Shown here one piece after another: positions 18,417-28,649 of a DNA stretch of 64,000 bases; positions within the stretch are counted from its first letter, which is position 1, and each line of letters begins with the position of its first letter. Location: positions 29,548 through 93,547 of the forward strand of contig CALWMV010000002.1 of the NCBI GenBank assembly GCA_944382125.1. The letters are read 5' to 3'. The notes below the pieces were generated by a model. It ran no database searches, was not told the origin of the DNA, and worked only from the letters and a program-made list of their open reading frames with translations. The stretch is from an uncultured Lachnospiraceae bacterium. GTDB lineage: Bacteria > Bacillota > Clostridia > Lachnospirales > Lachnospiraceae. Made by a program: the position numbers and the translations under genes.

Positions 18417-19652
18417 TTACTTTCTGTTCTTAAGGAAGTCAGGGATGTTGATGGTCATCTCCTTATTGACCTGGGGCCTGAAGGGCTGCTGAGCGTCATT
18501 GTCCCTGGTCTGCTGGCCAAAGCCGAAGTCCACGCTGGGAGCCTCCTGCTGGGGCTGTCTTCTCTGCTGGGGCTGAGAAAAACCCTGAAGTCCGCGGTTC
18601 TGTGAAGGCTGCTGTCCGTTCCTGAATCCGCCGGCCTGATATCCGCCCATCATACCGTCCTGGGAAGCAGGTCTGCGCTGTCTCTTCTGGGGCTCCTCCT
18701 TGGGCTCGGTAATGCCCGTGGCGATAACGGTGATGGTGCACTCATCCTGAGCCTTCTCATCGTAGATGGCACCGAAGATGATGTTGGCATTGTCTCCTGC
18801 CAGCTCCTCGACATAGCTTGCTGCCTCGTTGGCCTCGATAAGGGATATGTCTCCTGATACATTGATGATGACATCCGAAGCACCCTCGATGGAGGTCTCA
18901 AGCAGAGGTGATGCAACTGCCTGCTTTACAGCCTCAAGAGCCTTATCGTCTCCCTTGGCCTTTCCTATACCTATATGAGCCACACCCTTTTCCTTCATGA
19001 CAGTCTGAACGTCAGCAAAGTCAAGGTTGATAAGTCCAGGCACATTGATAAGATCAGTGATGCCTGTAACGGCCTGAAGAAGGACCTCATCAGCCTTCTT
19101 GAGAGCCTCTGGCATGGTCGTGCGTCTGTCCACAAGCTCAAGAAGCTTGTCATTGGGGATAACTATGAGTGAATCAACGTTATCCTTAAGCTTCTGTATG
19201 CCGTTGACAGCGTTGGTCATACGCTGCTTTGCCTCAAAGCGGAAGGGCTTTGTAACTATGCCGACTGTAAGTACGCCCATCTCCTTTGCAAGCTTGGCTA
19301 TAACGGGGGTTGCTCCTGTACCGGTGCCGCCTCCCATTCCGCAGGTAACGAACACCATGTCCGCACCCTTGAATATCTGCTGAAGATCCTCGGCGTTCTC
19401 CTCAGCTGCCTTCTCTCCGATATCCGGTCTGGCACCTGCTCCGAGTCCCTTCGTAAGCTTTTCTCCTATCTGTATCAGCGAAGGCGCCTTGCAGAACTGA
19501 AGGGCCTGCTTATCTGTATTAACTCCGACAAACTCGACTCCGGCCACATTTTCATCAACCATGCGGTTGACCGCATTGTTACCGGCTCCGCCTATACCTA
19601 CTACGATTATCCTCGCAGCGGCCTCTGCTTCCGGAATCTTTATCTCTAACAT
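18417..19652 (-). CDS. ftsZ: Cell division protein FtsZ
   Basis: Contains [10 protein letters not shown] and GGGTGTGA tubulin signature motifs, a Q/G/R-rich linker and a C-terminal peptide [12 protein letters not shown] prefer the ATG at 19652 (MLEIKIPE...). Confidence 0.95.
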   Translation of the reverse strand: MLEIKIPEAEAAARIIVVGIGGAGNNAVNRMVDENVAGVEFVGVNTDKQALQFCKAPSLIQIGEKLTKGLGAGARPDIGEKAAEENAEDLQQIFKGADMVFVTCGMGGGTGTGATPVIAKLAKEMGVLTVGIVTKPFRFEAKQRMTNAVNGIQKLKDNVDSLIVIPNDKLLELVDRRTTMPEALKKADEVLLQAVTGITDLINVPGLINLDFADVQTVMKEKGVAHIGIGKAKGDDKALEAVKQAVASPLLETSIEGASDVIINVSGDISLIEANEAASYVEELAGDNANIIFGAIYDEKAQDECTITVIATGITEPKEEPQKRQRRPASQDGMMGGYQAGGFRNGQQPSQNRGLQGFSQPQQRRQPQQEAPSVDFGFGQQTRDNDAQQPFRPQVNKEMTINIPDFLKNRK

Positions 19653-19809
19653 CTTCTTACCTGCCTTCCTCAAAATCAATTCCTTATAAATATAAGTCTT
19701 ACAATGGCTTTTTTCAAGCCTTTTTGCCTGTCAAAGTTTACAATTTTCTTATTTTATATGTATTTAGGATATATCCTTAAAACTTAAACGTTTTAATTGT
19801 CTTTTTCTC

Positions 19810-20685
19810 TTACTGTAAAGATTGTTCTGTTTCTTTTTGTATATCCTCAGTGGTTTCAGTTTCTTCCGCCTTTTTCGCTTCAGACTCTTCCGGCTCTTTA
19901 TTTTCTTCCCTGATCCTGAAGCTGACCTCATTGGAGTCCTCGGTCTCACTGTAGGAGGAGAGGTCCAGGGTTCCCTCAAGTCCCCTTTCCAGGATCTGAG
20001 GCAGCATATCGCTCAGGGCGAGCAGCTTTGCATCGATCTCGTCCTCGGATCCCAGCTTCACGTCTATAGGTGCTCCGGAAAGCCTTATGGTCACACCGGA
20101 GCTGTCAAAATGTATCTCGTCGCTTTCTATGCCATAGGTACTGAGCTGCTGGGTGATGTTCATTATCACCGCAAATATCTCATCATCATCTATCGGCAGC
20201 CTGCGGTTCAGCACTATGTGTCCGAAGCTGAGACCCGTTATCTCCGGTATACCCTCCAGCTTTTCAGTGCTGTTTTCCACCACTATGCCGTCCCGGTCAA
20301 AATACATATAGCTGCTCATATAGTCAAGATATCCGACTATGCGCTTTTCATATATTATAAGGTCACAGGAAAATGGAGATCTGAACCTTATGTCATAATC
20401 CTCCACGAAGGGGAGCTCCTTGTGCTCAAAAAAGGTATTCCTGACGAAGCAGTATATGGGATTCAGCTCATAGGCACTGTCAAACACCAGGTCCCTGGCC
20501 TCTTCCTCAGTATAGGTCGTATTGCCGATCACCCTTATGTCGGTTATGCGGAGGCTCATGCATACCAGTATGATGAGTACAAGCATGACAAGAAGCCAGG
20601 TCCTCAGCCATCGGCCTCCCCGGTTCTCCTCTTCATATATGTCCAGCTCCTCCGCATCAAAGCTGTTTTTATTGAAAAATGCCAA
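19810..20685 (-). CDS. ftsQ: FtsQ/DivIB-type cell division protein
   Basis: 291 aa with a single TM segment, then a POTRA-like ITDIRVIGNTTYTEEEA region, and an acidic/lysine-rich tail. Its position before ftsZ supports the call. Confidence 0.75.
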   Translation of the reverse strand: MAFFNKNSFDAEELDIYEEENRGGRWLRTWLLVMLVLIILVCMSLRITDIRVIGNTTYTEEEARDLVFDSAYELNPIYCFVRNTFFEHKELPFVEDYDIRFRSPFSCDLIIYEKRIVGYLDYMSSYMYFDRDGIVVENSTEKLEGIPEITGLSFGHIVLNRRLPIDDDEIFAVIMNITQQLSTYGIESDEIHFDSSGVTIRLSGAPIDVKLGSEDEIDAKLLALSDMLPQILERGLEGTLDLSSYSETEDSNEVSFRIREENKEPEESEAKKAEETETTEDIQKETEQSLQ

Positions 20686-20709
20686 TCCTTCTTATTACCT
20701 CTTAATGCT

Positions 20710-22236
20710 TCAGCCCTCGGTATATATCTCATGGGATATGGCAAGAGCTATGCCCATCTCTGCCATGGTGCAGAGCACTGCCGAGCCTCCATAGCTTATG
20801 AACGGCAGGGTGACTCCCGTGTTGGGTATCACTCCCGTGACCACCGCTATGTTGAGTATGACCTGTATGCTTATATGGGCCATGATGCCCACGCACACCA
20901 TCGAGCTGAACAGGTCCCTGGCATAATTTGCTATATCCCAGAGCCTGTATATTATAAATGCATACATGAGTACTATGGCAACTGCACCTATAAAGCCCAG
21001 TTCCTCACATATGATGGTAAATATCATATCATTCTGTGCCTCGGGAAGGGATCCGAATTTCTGAATGCTTTCTCCCAGTCCCTGCCCCAGCACACCGCCG
21101 GAGCCTATGGCATAAAGTCCCTGTATGGTCTGATAAGCCGAATCCGGGAACCTGTCCGGGCAGGCCCAGGCCAGGATACGCTTAAGCTGATACTGCATGT
21201 TGTCTATGCTGACTATATTGAGCTTATCCACCATGTAGACTACCAGAGGCTTCGCGAACAGAAGGCCGCAGAGCCCCAGTATGCCCAGGAGTATGAACCA
21301 TTTCCAGTTCCTGTTTCCCACAAAAAACATCGAGAAGCCTATGCCGGCAATGATGATGCCTGAGCTCAGGTTCTCAGTGGCTATGAAGCCTGCCGATATG
21401 AACATGATGGGCAGTATCCATTTTGCCTGTTTTAATCGTCCTACTGAAAAGCCATAGATCGATACTACCTTTGCCATGAAAAGTATCATGCCGATCTTGA
21501 CCAGCTCCGCCGTCTGTATGGATATGAATCCCAGGTTCAGCCATCTGGTACTTCCATGGGATGCGGTTCCTATAAGAAGGGTAAGCAGCGAAAGGACTAC
21601 GGTTATCCCAAAGATCCAGTAGGCAAATCTCTTGAGGAGGGGGATTATGATCCCGCTCAGGACAGAGCAGATGATGACACCGACTATGCTGATGCAGCCT
21701 ATGATGAGCTGCTTATTAAAATAATAATCATGGCTCTCGCCATCCATCACTGCAGCATACTGGGAGCTGGAATAGACCATCATGAGCCCCATGGAAAATA
21801 TCATAAGTATGCCTATGAAAAGGTAAAAGTCATAATAATGCCTGGGTTTAGGCTGAGCCTTTGCCGCAGCTGCCGGAGCCTGAGCCTTTGGTCGCTGTAC
21901 CGCCCTGGGCCTTTTAGGGCTTTCTCTCCTCTGGACCGCAGCTGCACCTGCAGCCGCCTGTCTGCCTCCCGCCTGTGCTCCCGCCGGAGCTATGGAGGTC
22001 CTGAGCATGCCCTGCTGTACGGATCCGAAAGGCCGGCTGTTCATCTGTCCGCTCAGGGTTCCGGATCCATTGCTGCGGCCATTTCCCGCAGCATCCGTAT
22101 GCTGTCCCCTGACATCCCCGCCCTGGCTTCTGGTCCTTACTCCGCCCCGGGGCCTGTCACTGTTCTTTTGCGCACCGTTTTTCTTCAGTGCAGAAGCAGC
22201 AGACTGCCTGCCTCCTTTCTTTTTATTCTTTCCCAT
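20710..22236 (-). CDS. ftsW: FtsW/RodA/SpoVE-family peptidoglycan polymerase with a long N-terminal extension
   Basis: The SEDS core runs from about residue 145 (YDFYLFIGILMIF... to ...LPFISYGGSA). The first roughly 145 aa are low-complexity and rich in G/A/R/Q/K. Confidence 0.85.
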   Translation of the reverse strand: MGKNKKKGGRQSAASALKKNGAQKNSDRPRGGVRTRSQGGDVRGQHTDAAGNGRSNGSGTLSGQMNSRPFGSVQQGMLRTSIAPAGAQAGGRQAAAGAAAVQRRESPKRPRAVQRPKAQAPAAAAKAQPKPRHYYDFYLFIGILMIFSMGLMMVYSSSQYAAVMDGESHDYYFNKQLIIGCISIVGVIICSVLSGIIIPLLKRFAYWIFGITVVLSLLTLLIGTASHGSTRWLNLGFISIQTAELVKIGMILFMAKVVSIYGFSVGRLKQAKWILPIMFISAGFIATENLSSGIIIAGIGFSMFFVGNRNWKWFILLGILGLCGLLFAKPLVVYMVDKLNIVSIDNMQYQLKRILAWACPDRFPDSAYQTIQGLYAIGSGGVLGQGLGESIQKFGSLPEAQNDMIFTIICEELGFIGAVAIVLMYAFIIYRLWDIANYARDLFSSMVCVGIMAHISIQVILNIAVVTGVIPNTGVTLPFISYGGSAVLCTMAEMGIALAISHEIYTEG

Positions 22237-22255
22237 CCGTACTATCCTTTACTTC

Positions 22256-23620
22256 TTAAAGCTTATTGACGCAATCCTTGAATATATTTCCCCGCTGCTC
22301 ATAGTCCGTGAACATGTCCCAGCTTGCGCAGGCCGGGCTGAGCAGCACATAATCTCCTTCATCCGCATAGGATGCACAGGCCTTGACGGCCTCATCCATG
22401 TCGTCTGCATACATTATATCAGTAAATCCGTATTTCTTGCAGCACTCGGCGATCTTATCCCTGGTCTGTCCGAGCAGTATAAGGTATTTTACCTTACCCT
22501 CGAACTCCTTTACCCACTCGTCGAATTCCGCATGCTTGTCATAGCCTCCGCCTATCAGAAGCACGGGCCCCGGCATCGCCCTTAAGGCCTGGATCGCAGC
22601 ATCGGGATTGGTGCCCTTGGAGTCATTATAATACCTGACTCCGCTCCGTTCCCTGACATACTCTATCCTGTGCTCCACGGCGGTAAATTCCTTAAGTGCC
22701 TTTACGACTCCCGTGATCGGAACTCCCATCTTGAGTCCGACTGCGGCGGCAGCCATCACATTTTCATAATTGTGCTTTCCAAGGAGCTTCAGTTCATGTA
22801 TGTCCACCAGCTCGGTGACCGTCTTCTGATCATTATAGAATATGCCGTCGTCCTCCAGATAGAGGTACTCTCCCTTTTCCGGCTTCTCTCCCGAAGTGAA
22901 CCATACTACCTTTGGTGCAAGCTCCTTCTTCTCTCCGAACTCCCTGAGGACCGGATCATTATAATTAAGGACCACATGATCCTCTGCAGTCTGATTGAGG
23001 GTTATGGCCTCCTTGCACCTGATATAATTCTGCATGGTCCCATGCCTGTCCAGATGGTCCGGAGTGATATTGAGTATGGCACTTACCTGGGGATGGAAAT
23101 CCATGATCGTCTCCAGCATGAAGGAGCTTACCTCCACCACCGTCACCGAATCATCCCTGGTCTTGAGGGCCTCCGCAGAAAAGGGCTCTCCTATATTGCC
23201 CGCCACATGGACATCCTCAAAATAAGTCCTGAGTATGGCTCCCACAAGGGCCGTTGTAGTCGTCTTGCCATTGGTCCCGGTTATCGCACAGAGCTTGCCC
23301 TTTGATGCCTGGTAGGCCAGCTCCAGCTCTCCTATCACCGGTATCTGTTCCTGATCCAGCACGGATATGAAGTCGGCATTGAGGGGGATGCCGGGGCTCA
23401 TTATGGCCAGATTCACTCCCATGATCTGACTTTTATAGAGTCTCCCCTTTACAAACTCCACCGCGTCCCTCGGGCCAAAATTGGCCATGGCCTCATATTC
23501 GTCCGTCTCCGGATCACTGTTATAAAGTATTACCTCTCCGCCCATGCTGAGGACCATCTTAGCTGCAGATATGCCGCTTTTTCCTGTCCCGGCTATGAAT
23601 ATCTTTCTTCCGCTTTTCAT
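22256..23620 (-). CDS. murD: UDP-N-acetylmuramoylalanine--D-glutamate ligase
   Basis: Contains GTGKSG and GTNGKTTT motifs. I prefer the ATG at 23620, which has GGAGGG 4 nt upstream. Confidence 0.95.
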   Translation of the reverse strand: MKSGRKIFIAGTGKSGISAAKMVLSMGGEVILYNSDPETDEYEAMANFGPRDAVEFVKGRLYKSQIMGVNLAIMSPGIPLNADFISVLDQEQIPVIGELELAYQASKGKLCAITGTNGKTTTTALVGAILRTYFEDVHVAGNIGEPFSAEALKTRDDSVTVVEVSSFMLETIMDFHPQVSAILNITPDHLDRHGTMQNYIRCKEAITLNQTAEDHVVLNYNDPVLREFGEKKELAPKVVWFTSGEKPEKGEYLYLEDDGIFYNDQKTVTELVDIHELKLLGKHNYENVMAAAAVGLKMGVPITGVVKALKEFTAVEHRIEYVRERSGVRYYNDSKGTNPDAAIQALRAMPGPVLLIGGGYDKHAEFDEWVKEFEGKVKYLILLGQTRDKIAECCKKYGFTDIMYADDMDEAVKACASYADEGDYVLLSPACASWDMFTDYEQRGNIFKDCVNKL

Positions 23621-23639
23621 CTTTCCCTCCGAAAAGATA

Positions 23640-24650
23640 TCAGATATATATACAGATGCCAAATAACGATATTATGCAAAGGAGTGCCGTGATAATGGTA
23701 AATGCCGCCACTATCCTTGTCTCCGAATTGCCAAGCAGTTCAAAATGATGATGTATGGGAGCCATCCTGAATATTCGTTTGCCCCCCGTTGCCTTGAAGT
23801 AGCTGACCTGGATGATGACTGAGGCTACCTCTATAAGATATATGAAGCCCACTATCGGTATATAGAGCTCCATGCCCATCACCACCGCTGCGCCTGATAT
23901 GAAGCCGCCCAGAGCCAGGGAACCGGTATCCCCCATAAACACCTTTGCCGGATAAACATTATAAAGCAGAAAGGCCATAAGGGCGCCGCAGAATGCAGCC
24001 GCGGTAAGACTGACTCCTGATCCGTAAAGCAGTCCGCAGACAGCGAAAAAGGCTGCTGCCACCGCAGTTACCGATGAGCACAGTCCGTCAAGTCCGTCAG
24101 TAAAATTAACTCCGTTATCCGTTCCCAGTACCGTAAAGATAACAAGGGGGAAATAAATGACATCAGGAAGATCCAGCCAGAGCCTTGCCTCATCTCCTAC
24201 CCCCATGAAGGGTATCCAGAGCTTTCCTCCCATGCTGCCATGCTCATATACCAGCCACGCAAATACCAGTGTCACTATGAGCTGCATTGAAAGCTTCTGA
24301 AGGGGCTTGAGACCCTCGGACTGATGCTTCCTGATCTTCAGATAGTCATCGGTAAAGCCTATGGCACCAAAGGCTATGCTTATAAACAGCACCATAAGGG
24401 CTTCCTTGTCAAAGCCATAGCCAAGGGTACCGAGCAGCACTGCGATAAGTACGCTTATGACTATGAAGATGCCTCCCATGGTGGGAGTCCCCTGCTTTTT
24501 CAGATGGGCCTTGGGTCCGTCATCCCTTACCTCCTGGCCGAACTTGAGCCTGTGAAGCAGGGGGATGAAGCGCGGTGCCATAAGGCAGGCAGCCGCAAAT
24601 CCCATAAAAAGCGTCAGGATCATGTATTTGAAAAGTTCCTTCGATATCAT
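23640..24650 (-). CDS. mraY: Phospho-N-acetylmuramoyl-pentapeptide transferase
   Basis: 336 aa polytopic protein with GPKAHLKKQGTPTMGG, NGVNFTDGLDGL and MGDTGSLALGG motifs. Confidence 0.95.
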   Translation of the reverse strand: MISKELFKYMILTLFMGFAAACLMAPRFIPLLHRLKFGQEVRDDGPKAHLKKQGTPTMGGIFIVISVLIAVLLGTLGYGFDKEALMVLFISIAFGAIGFTDDYLKIRKHQSEGLKPLQKLSMQLIVTLVFAWLVYEHGSMGGKLWIPFMGVGDEARLWLDLPDVIYFPLVIFTVLGTDNGVNFTDGLDGLCSSVTAVAAAFFAVCGLLYGSGVSLTAAAFCGALMAFLLYNVYPAKVFMGDTGSLALGGFISGAAVVMGMELYIPIVGFIYLIEVASVIIQVSYFKATGGKRIFRMAPIHHHFELLGNSETRIVAAFTIITALLCIISLFGICIYI

Positions 24651-24773
24651 AATTGCTTAATCCTTTCATGCTGAGTTACTCTGTATCATTCCAGGATCAT
24701 GGTATGAGCCTTACGTACGGCCTTTCAGTTTTAAAGCCTTTTCTCCGGCTGCTTAGGCTGTCCGTCAGTCCTG

Positions 24774-27161
24774 TCAGGCCCCCGGCGAGCTGTCAATGCT
24801 GAGGGCTTCGGGCTCTCCCGATGCATCTCCCTGGGGGCCCTGATATATCCCCTCATCTCCGATAAGATCTGAAAGCATATCCGGAAGTCCGCCGTCCTCA
24901 GATCCGCCATCATCGCCCTGGATATATTCATCCCTGGCAGGGGGCCTGGTCTCTTCCATGGAGATCTCCGTCTCCTCTTCTCCGGCAGTCTCAGTCTGCT
25001 GTGCCGAAGTGGTTTCCTGGCTCTCCGAAGTCTCCGTCCCGGAAGCTCCGCTCTCAGAAGCAGCACTCTGGTCCTCTTCAGTCTCTGTACCGCTTTCGGA
25101 CTCCGACTGACTCTCAGTGGTTTCCGGAAGGGCTATGCTGGGTGCCTGATATTCAGAGGCCTGCACTCCCTCAGGATATTTGCCGACCATGGGCAGACAC
25201 TCTGCCATGATCTTTGAGAATATCTCCGAAGCAAAGGAGCTGTGGGCCTGTTCCTGTCTTACCAGATCCGGCTGGTCAATGACCACGTAGCAGAGGAGCT
25301 GAGGATCCTCCACAGGAGCGAAGCCGCAGAAGCTGACCACATAATTTTCCTCGCTTCTGGGAAGCTTCTCCGCTGTTCCGGTCTTTCCTCCCACATGATA
25401 GCCTGCAACGGCTGCTGCTCCTCCTGTACCGGTGCTTACAGTCTCAAAAAGGGCATTTTTGATAAAATCACAGGTGGATTCAGATACGGTCTCCCTTACC
25501 AGTGTAGGCTCGACCTCCCTGACCACCGTGCCGTTTTCATCTACTATCTTATCCAGCACGTGAGGGGCATAATAGCTTCCTCCGTTGATGATGGATGCAT
25601 AAGCCGCAGCCATCTGTATCATGGTGCAGGTATAGTTCTGTCCGAAGGACCTGGTTGCCAGATCGACCTTTCCTATATCCGGGTCATCCAGTCCAAGGCC
25701 CTTTCCCTCAGCCGGAAGGTCCACTCCGGTGGATCCTCCGAAGCCGAAGATATGCTGATACTTAAGAAAGATATCCTCACCCTCCTGAAGGGCTATATCC
25801 ATCATAACCACGTTGCAGGAATTTGTGATGCCTCCGGTAACATCCAGGGGGCCATGGCCGTTCCTGTTGATGCAGTTGATCCTCCAGGTATGTCCGCTTC
25901 CGGAGAACTGAAGGTTTCCCTCACAAAGGAAGAAATCATTTTCATTTATTATCCCCTCCTCCAGGGCTCCTGCCACGGTAAAAATCTTCTGGGTGGATCC
26001 GGGCTCATAGGCATCACTTACGCAGAAGTTCCTCCACTTCTGGTTCCAGGCTGCCATGGTACCCTTATTTACGATCTCGCTGCGCTCATAATGCTCAGGA
26101 ACCTCCTCAAGGCTTATCTCCGCACCCTCGTGCTTCGCCCTGTAATCATATACACATTCCTGAAGGCCGAGATCATATATCTCCTGCTCTGTATATCCCT
26201 CCGTGGTCCTGGGATTATTGAGGTCGAAGCTGTCGCTGTCGGCCATGGCAAGTATCTCTCCCGTATTGGGATCCATGACTATGCAGGCTGCCTCCAGGGA
26301 GCCTATGCCGGCCTGCCATTCCTTAAGGTATTTTTCCACCACGCTCTGGATATTTGCATCTATGGTAAGCACCAGGGTATTGCCGTTCTGGGCGGGCTTT
26401 ATGACCCTCTCAAGATTCGCATCATCATTGAGATAGCCGTAGCGTCTTCCGTTGGTGCCCGTAAGTTCATCATTATAATACTGCTCCACTCCTCCGGTAC
26501 CTGTGGTACCGTCAGCAGAGGAAAAGCCTATGACGCTGCAGGCAAGGGATCCGTAGGGATAGGTCCTGTCATAGTCGTCCTCAAACCATACTCCCTTTAT
26601 CTGGTTCTTCCTGACCTCTGCGTCCTCACTTTTCAGAAATTCCGCATTCTTCTGGTCCACATAATCCAGGAAGCCCTGCTTCGTATCATAGTCTATGGAT
26701 TTCTGGAAGATGACATAGCGGGAGCTGCTGTGGTCATTTATCATGTCGCCCAGCTCTCCCCTGTCATAACCAAAATACTCGCACAGAGCATCTATCGTGG
26801 GTTCCACAACATAACGCCTCTTGCTTCCATCCTCGGCCGTATATTCTGCCTCAAACATCTGTCTGGGGTCAAGGATCAGATTATAGACGCGTTCACTCTG
26901 GGCGAGCTTATTTCCGTTTCTGTCATAAATATCCCCGCGCTTATAAAGTATCGTACTGGACGAATACTCTGACTGACGCTGGGATAATACTATTTTGCTG
27001 TATTCTTCGTTGTTTTCATCCTGTATCCTGTAGGTCCGATACAGAAGCGCTGCTAAAGCAAGCATCACGATGACCCAGACCGCGGCAAGCTTCTGCTTCA
27101 TGATCCTGTTGAATACAGGGGGCTTCCTCCTGCCGCTTTTAGGGTTTTGTGATGCTTTCAT
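24774..27161 (-). CDS. Class B penicillin-binding protein (FtsI/SpoVD-like) with an acidic C-terminal tail
   Basis: Contains SxxK (GSTQK), SxN (NSCN) and KTG (GGKTGTAEK) motifs. The last roughly 135 aa are E/T/S/D-rich low complexity. Confidence 0.9.
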   Translation of the reverse strand: MKASQNPKSGRRKPPVFNRIMKQKLAAVWVIVMLALAALLYRTYRIQDENNEEYSKIVLSQRQSEYSSSTILYKRGDIYDRNGNKLAQSERVYNLILDPRQMFEAEYTAEDGSKRRYVVEPTIDALCEYFGYDRGELGDMINDHSSSRYVIFQKSIDYDTKQGFLDYVDQKNAEFLKSEDAEVRKNQIKGVWFEDDYDRTYPYGSLACSVIGFSSADGTTGTGGVEQYYNDELTGTNGRRYGYLNDDANLERVIKPAQNGNTLVLTIDANIQSVVEKYLKEWQAGIGSLEAACIVMDPNTGEILAMADSDSFDLNNPRTTEGYTEQEIYDLGLQECVYDYRAKHEGAEISLEEVPEHYERSEIVNKGTMAAWNQKWRNFCVSDAYEPGSTQKIFTVAGALEEGIINENDFFLCEGNLQFSGSGHTWRINCINRNGHGPLDVTGGITNSCNVVMMDIALQEGEDIFLKYQHIFGFGGSTGVDLPAEGKGLGLDDPDIGKVDLATRSFGQNYTCTMIQMAAAYASIINGGSYYAPHVLDKIVDENGTVVREVEPTLVRETVSESTCDFIKNALFETVSTGTGGAAAVAGYHVGGKTGTAEKLPRSEENYVVSFCGFAPVEDPQLLCYVVIDQPDLVRQEQAHSSFASEIFSKIMAECLPMVGKYPEGVQASEYQAPSIALPETTESQSESESGTETEEDQSAASESGASGTETSESQETTSAQQTETAGEEETEISMEETRPPARDEYIQGDDGGSEDGGLPDMLSDLIGDEGIYQGPQGDASGEPEALSIDSSPGA

Positions 27162-27654
27162 ATTGTCTTACATATTCACTTTCAGTCTTATCGTATCTAA
27201 TGGTATTGTCTTCTCCTGCATGTACCATGCCAAGTTCGTTGACAGCTACATTATAAACATAATTGAGATCTATGGAGGTGTCTATGCTCTGCTCCAGGGC
27301 ATCGTTTTCATTGCGCAGGTCCTCCAGCTGTACCTCCAGAGCCTCCACGGTATCCATGTGGCTGGCTACTGAGGCTGAAAGGTAAAGATAGCTGTATACT
27401 ATGTATACCGTGGCTGCAAATACCAGCGTGAGCATAAATACCGTCGGCATGCCGATGCGCAGGTTCTTCCTGTACTCCTGCTCCCTTGTCTGAGGCTTCT
27501 TTGCGGCTGCCTTCTGCCTCTTTACCGGCTCTGCAGGCCTCTGTCTCCTCCCGGGTTCCCTGACATAAGGCTCAGACACCCTTACGGTATTGCCGTAAGT
27601 CTCATATGAGACCGATGAAACCGGTCTGTTTTTATAGCCTGTCCTTACTGCCAT
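27139..27654 (-). CDS. ftsL: FtsL-like septation protein
   Basis: 171 aa with a basic N-terminus, one TM segment and a coiled-coil (EALEVQLEDLRNENDALEQ). The call rests mainly on its position between rsmH and the PBP. Confidence 0.6.
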   Translation of the reverse strand: MAVRTGYKNRPVSSVSYETYGNTVRVSEPYVREPGRRQRPAEPVKRQKAAAKKPQTREQEYRKNLRIGMPTVFMLTLVFAATVYIVYSYLYLSASVASHMDTVEALEVQLEDLRNENDALEQSIDTSIDLNYVYNVAVNELGMVHAGEDNTIRYDKTESEYVRQYESITKP

Positions 27655-27715
27655 TTACTGCTTTTCCTTCTTACTCATGCCGGTCTGCCCGGCCCCTTTT
27701 TATATGCGAAAGCTC

Positions 27716-28648
27716 CTACACGGCTTCGAATATCCTTAGTTTGGCACTGTGTGCTCTGTTGTTCTCCTCCAGCTCTCTGCTCCCTGATACTATGGGCTTT
27801 TTCGTTATTATCCTGCCCTTTGGCTTCCTTCCGCACACACATACCGGAAAGTCCTTGGGGCATATGCAGGGATCCTCTGCTTTTCTGAAGGCATTTTTGA
27901 CTGCCCGATCCTCCAGGCTGTGGAAGGATATTATACAGAGCCTTCCTCCGGGTGCCAGCCTGTCTATCAGTCTGTCTATCGAAGCCTCAAGTATCTCTAT
28001 CTCCCTGTTGACCTCTATGCGGATAGCCTGAAAGGTCCTCTTTGCCGGATGTCCTCCGCCCTCCCTGACTCTTGCAGGGATCGACTGCTTTATGATCTCA
28101 GCCAGCTCCGTGGTGGTCTCTATCGGCTTTTTTGATCTTTCCGCAACTATGTGCTTTGCTATGTTCTTTGCAAACCTGTCCTCGCCGTAATCACGGATCA
28201 CACGGTAAAGGCTCTGCTCGTCATAACCGTTTACAAGCTCATAGGCTGAAAAGCTCTGCCTCCTGTCCATCCTCATATCCAGAGGGGCCTCTGTTCTGTA
28301 GGAAAATCCTCTCTCTCCTTCATCCAGCTGATAGGAGGATACCCCGAGATCCAGAAGTATGCCATCCACCTTTTCTATGCCGAGGCTGTCAAGTATCTCC
28401 GGAAGCTCCTCATAATTGCCTCTTACGATATCGACCCTGTCCCGGTACGGTTCAAGTCTTTTGCCTGCCGCTTCTATGGCTGCCTCGTCTCTGTCCACAC
28501 CGATGAGTCTGCCGCCTTCCCCGAGTCTCTTTGCTATCTCCTCGGAATGTCCTCCGCCTCCCAGGGTCCCGTCGGCATATATGCCCTCCGGTTTTATGTC
28601 AAGGCCTTCAATGACCTCTGAAAGAAGTACGGGTATATGTGAGAACAT
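27716..28648 (-). CDS. rsmH: 16S rRNA (cytosine1402-N4)-methyltransferase
   Basis: Starts [12 protein letters not shown] and contains [11 protein letters not shown] and SFHSLEDR motifs. I prefer the ATG at 28648, 1 nt after the mraZ stop. Confidence 0.95.
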   Translation of the reverse strand: MFSHIPVLLSEVIEGLDIKPEGIYADGTLGGGGHSEEIAKRLGEGGRLIGVDRDEAAIEAAGKRLEPYRDRVDIVRGNYEELPEILDSLGIEKVDGILLDLGVSSYQLDEGERGFSYRTEAPLDMRMDRRQSFSAYELVNGYDEQSLYRVIRDYGEDRFAKNIAKHIVAERSKKPIETTTELAEIIKQSIPARVREGGGHPAKRTFQAIRIEVNREIEILEASIDRLIDRLAPGGRLCIISFHSLEDRAVKNAFRKAEDPCICPKDFPVCVCGRKPKGRIITKKPIVSGSRELEENNRAHSAKLRIFEAV

Positions 28649-28649
28649 A

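Noticed and set aside
18417-18700. The Q/G/R/P-rich C-terminal region of FtsZ as a possible anomaly.
   Set aside because: A disordered C-terminal linker followed by a conserved terminal peptide (here [11 protein letters not shown]) is the normal FtsZ architecture. Only its length varies between species.
19822-21363. A very long (513 aa) plus-strand ORF antisense to ftsQ and ftsW. Similar giants run antisense to the PBP (25242-26972, 576 aa) and to the L,D-transpeptidase gene (59056-60255, 399 aa).
   Set aside because: Each is in the codon-aligned antisense frame of a well-supported minus-strand gene; start coordinates are congruent modulo 3 with the sense genes. In that frame, stops arise only opposite sense TTA, CTA and TCA codons, which this genome visibly avoids. 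The translations are Tyr/His/Gly/Ile-rich with no recognisable domains. These are shadow ORFs produced by codon bias.
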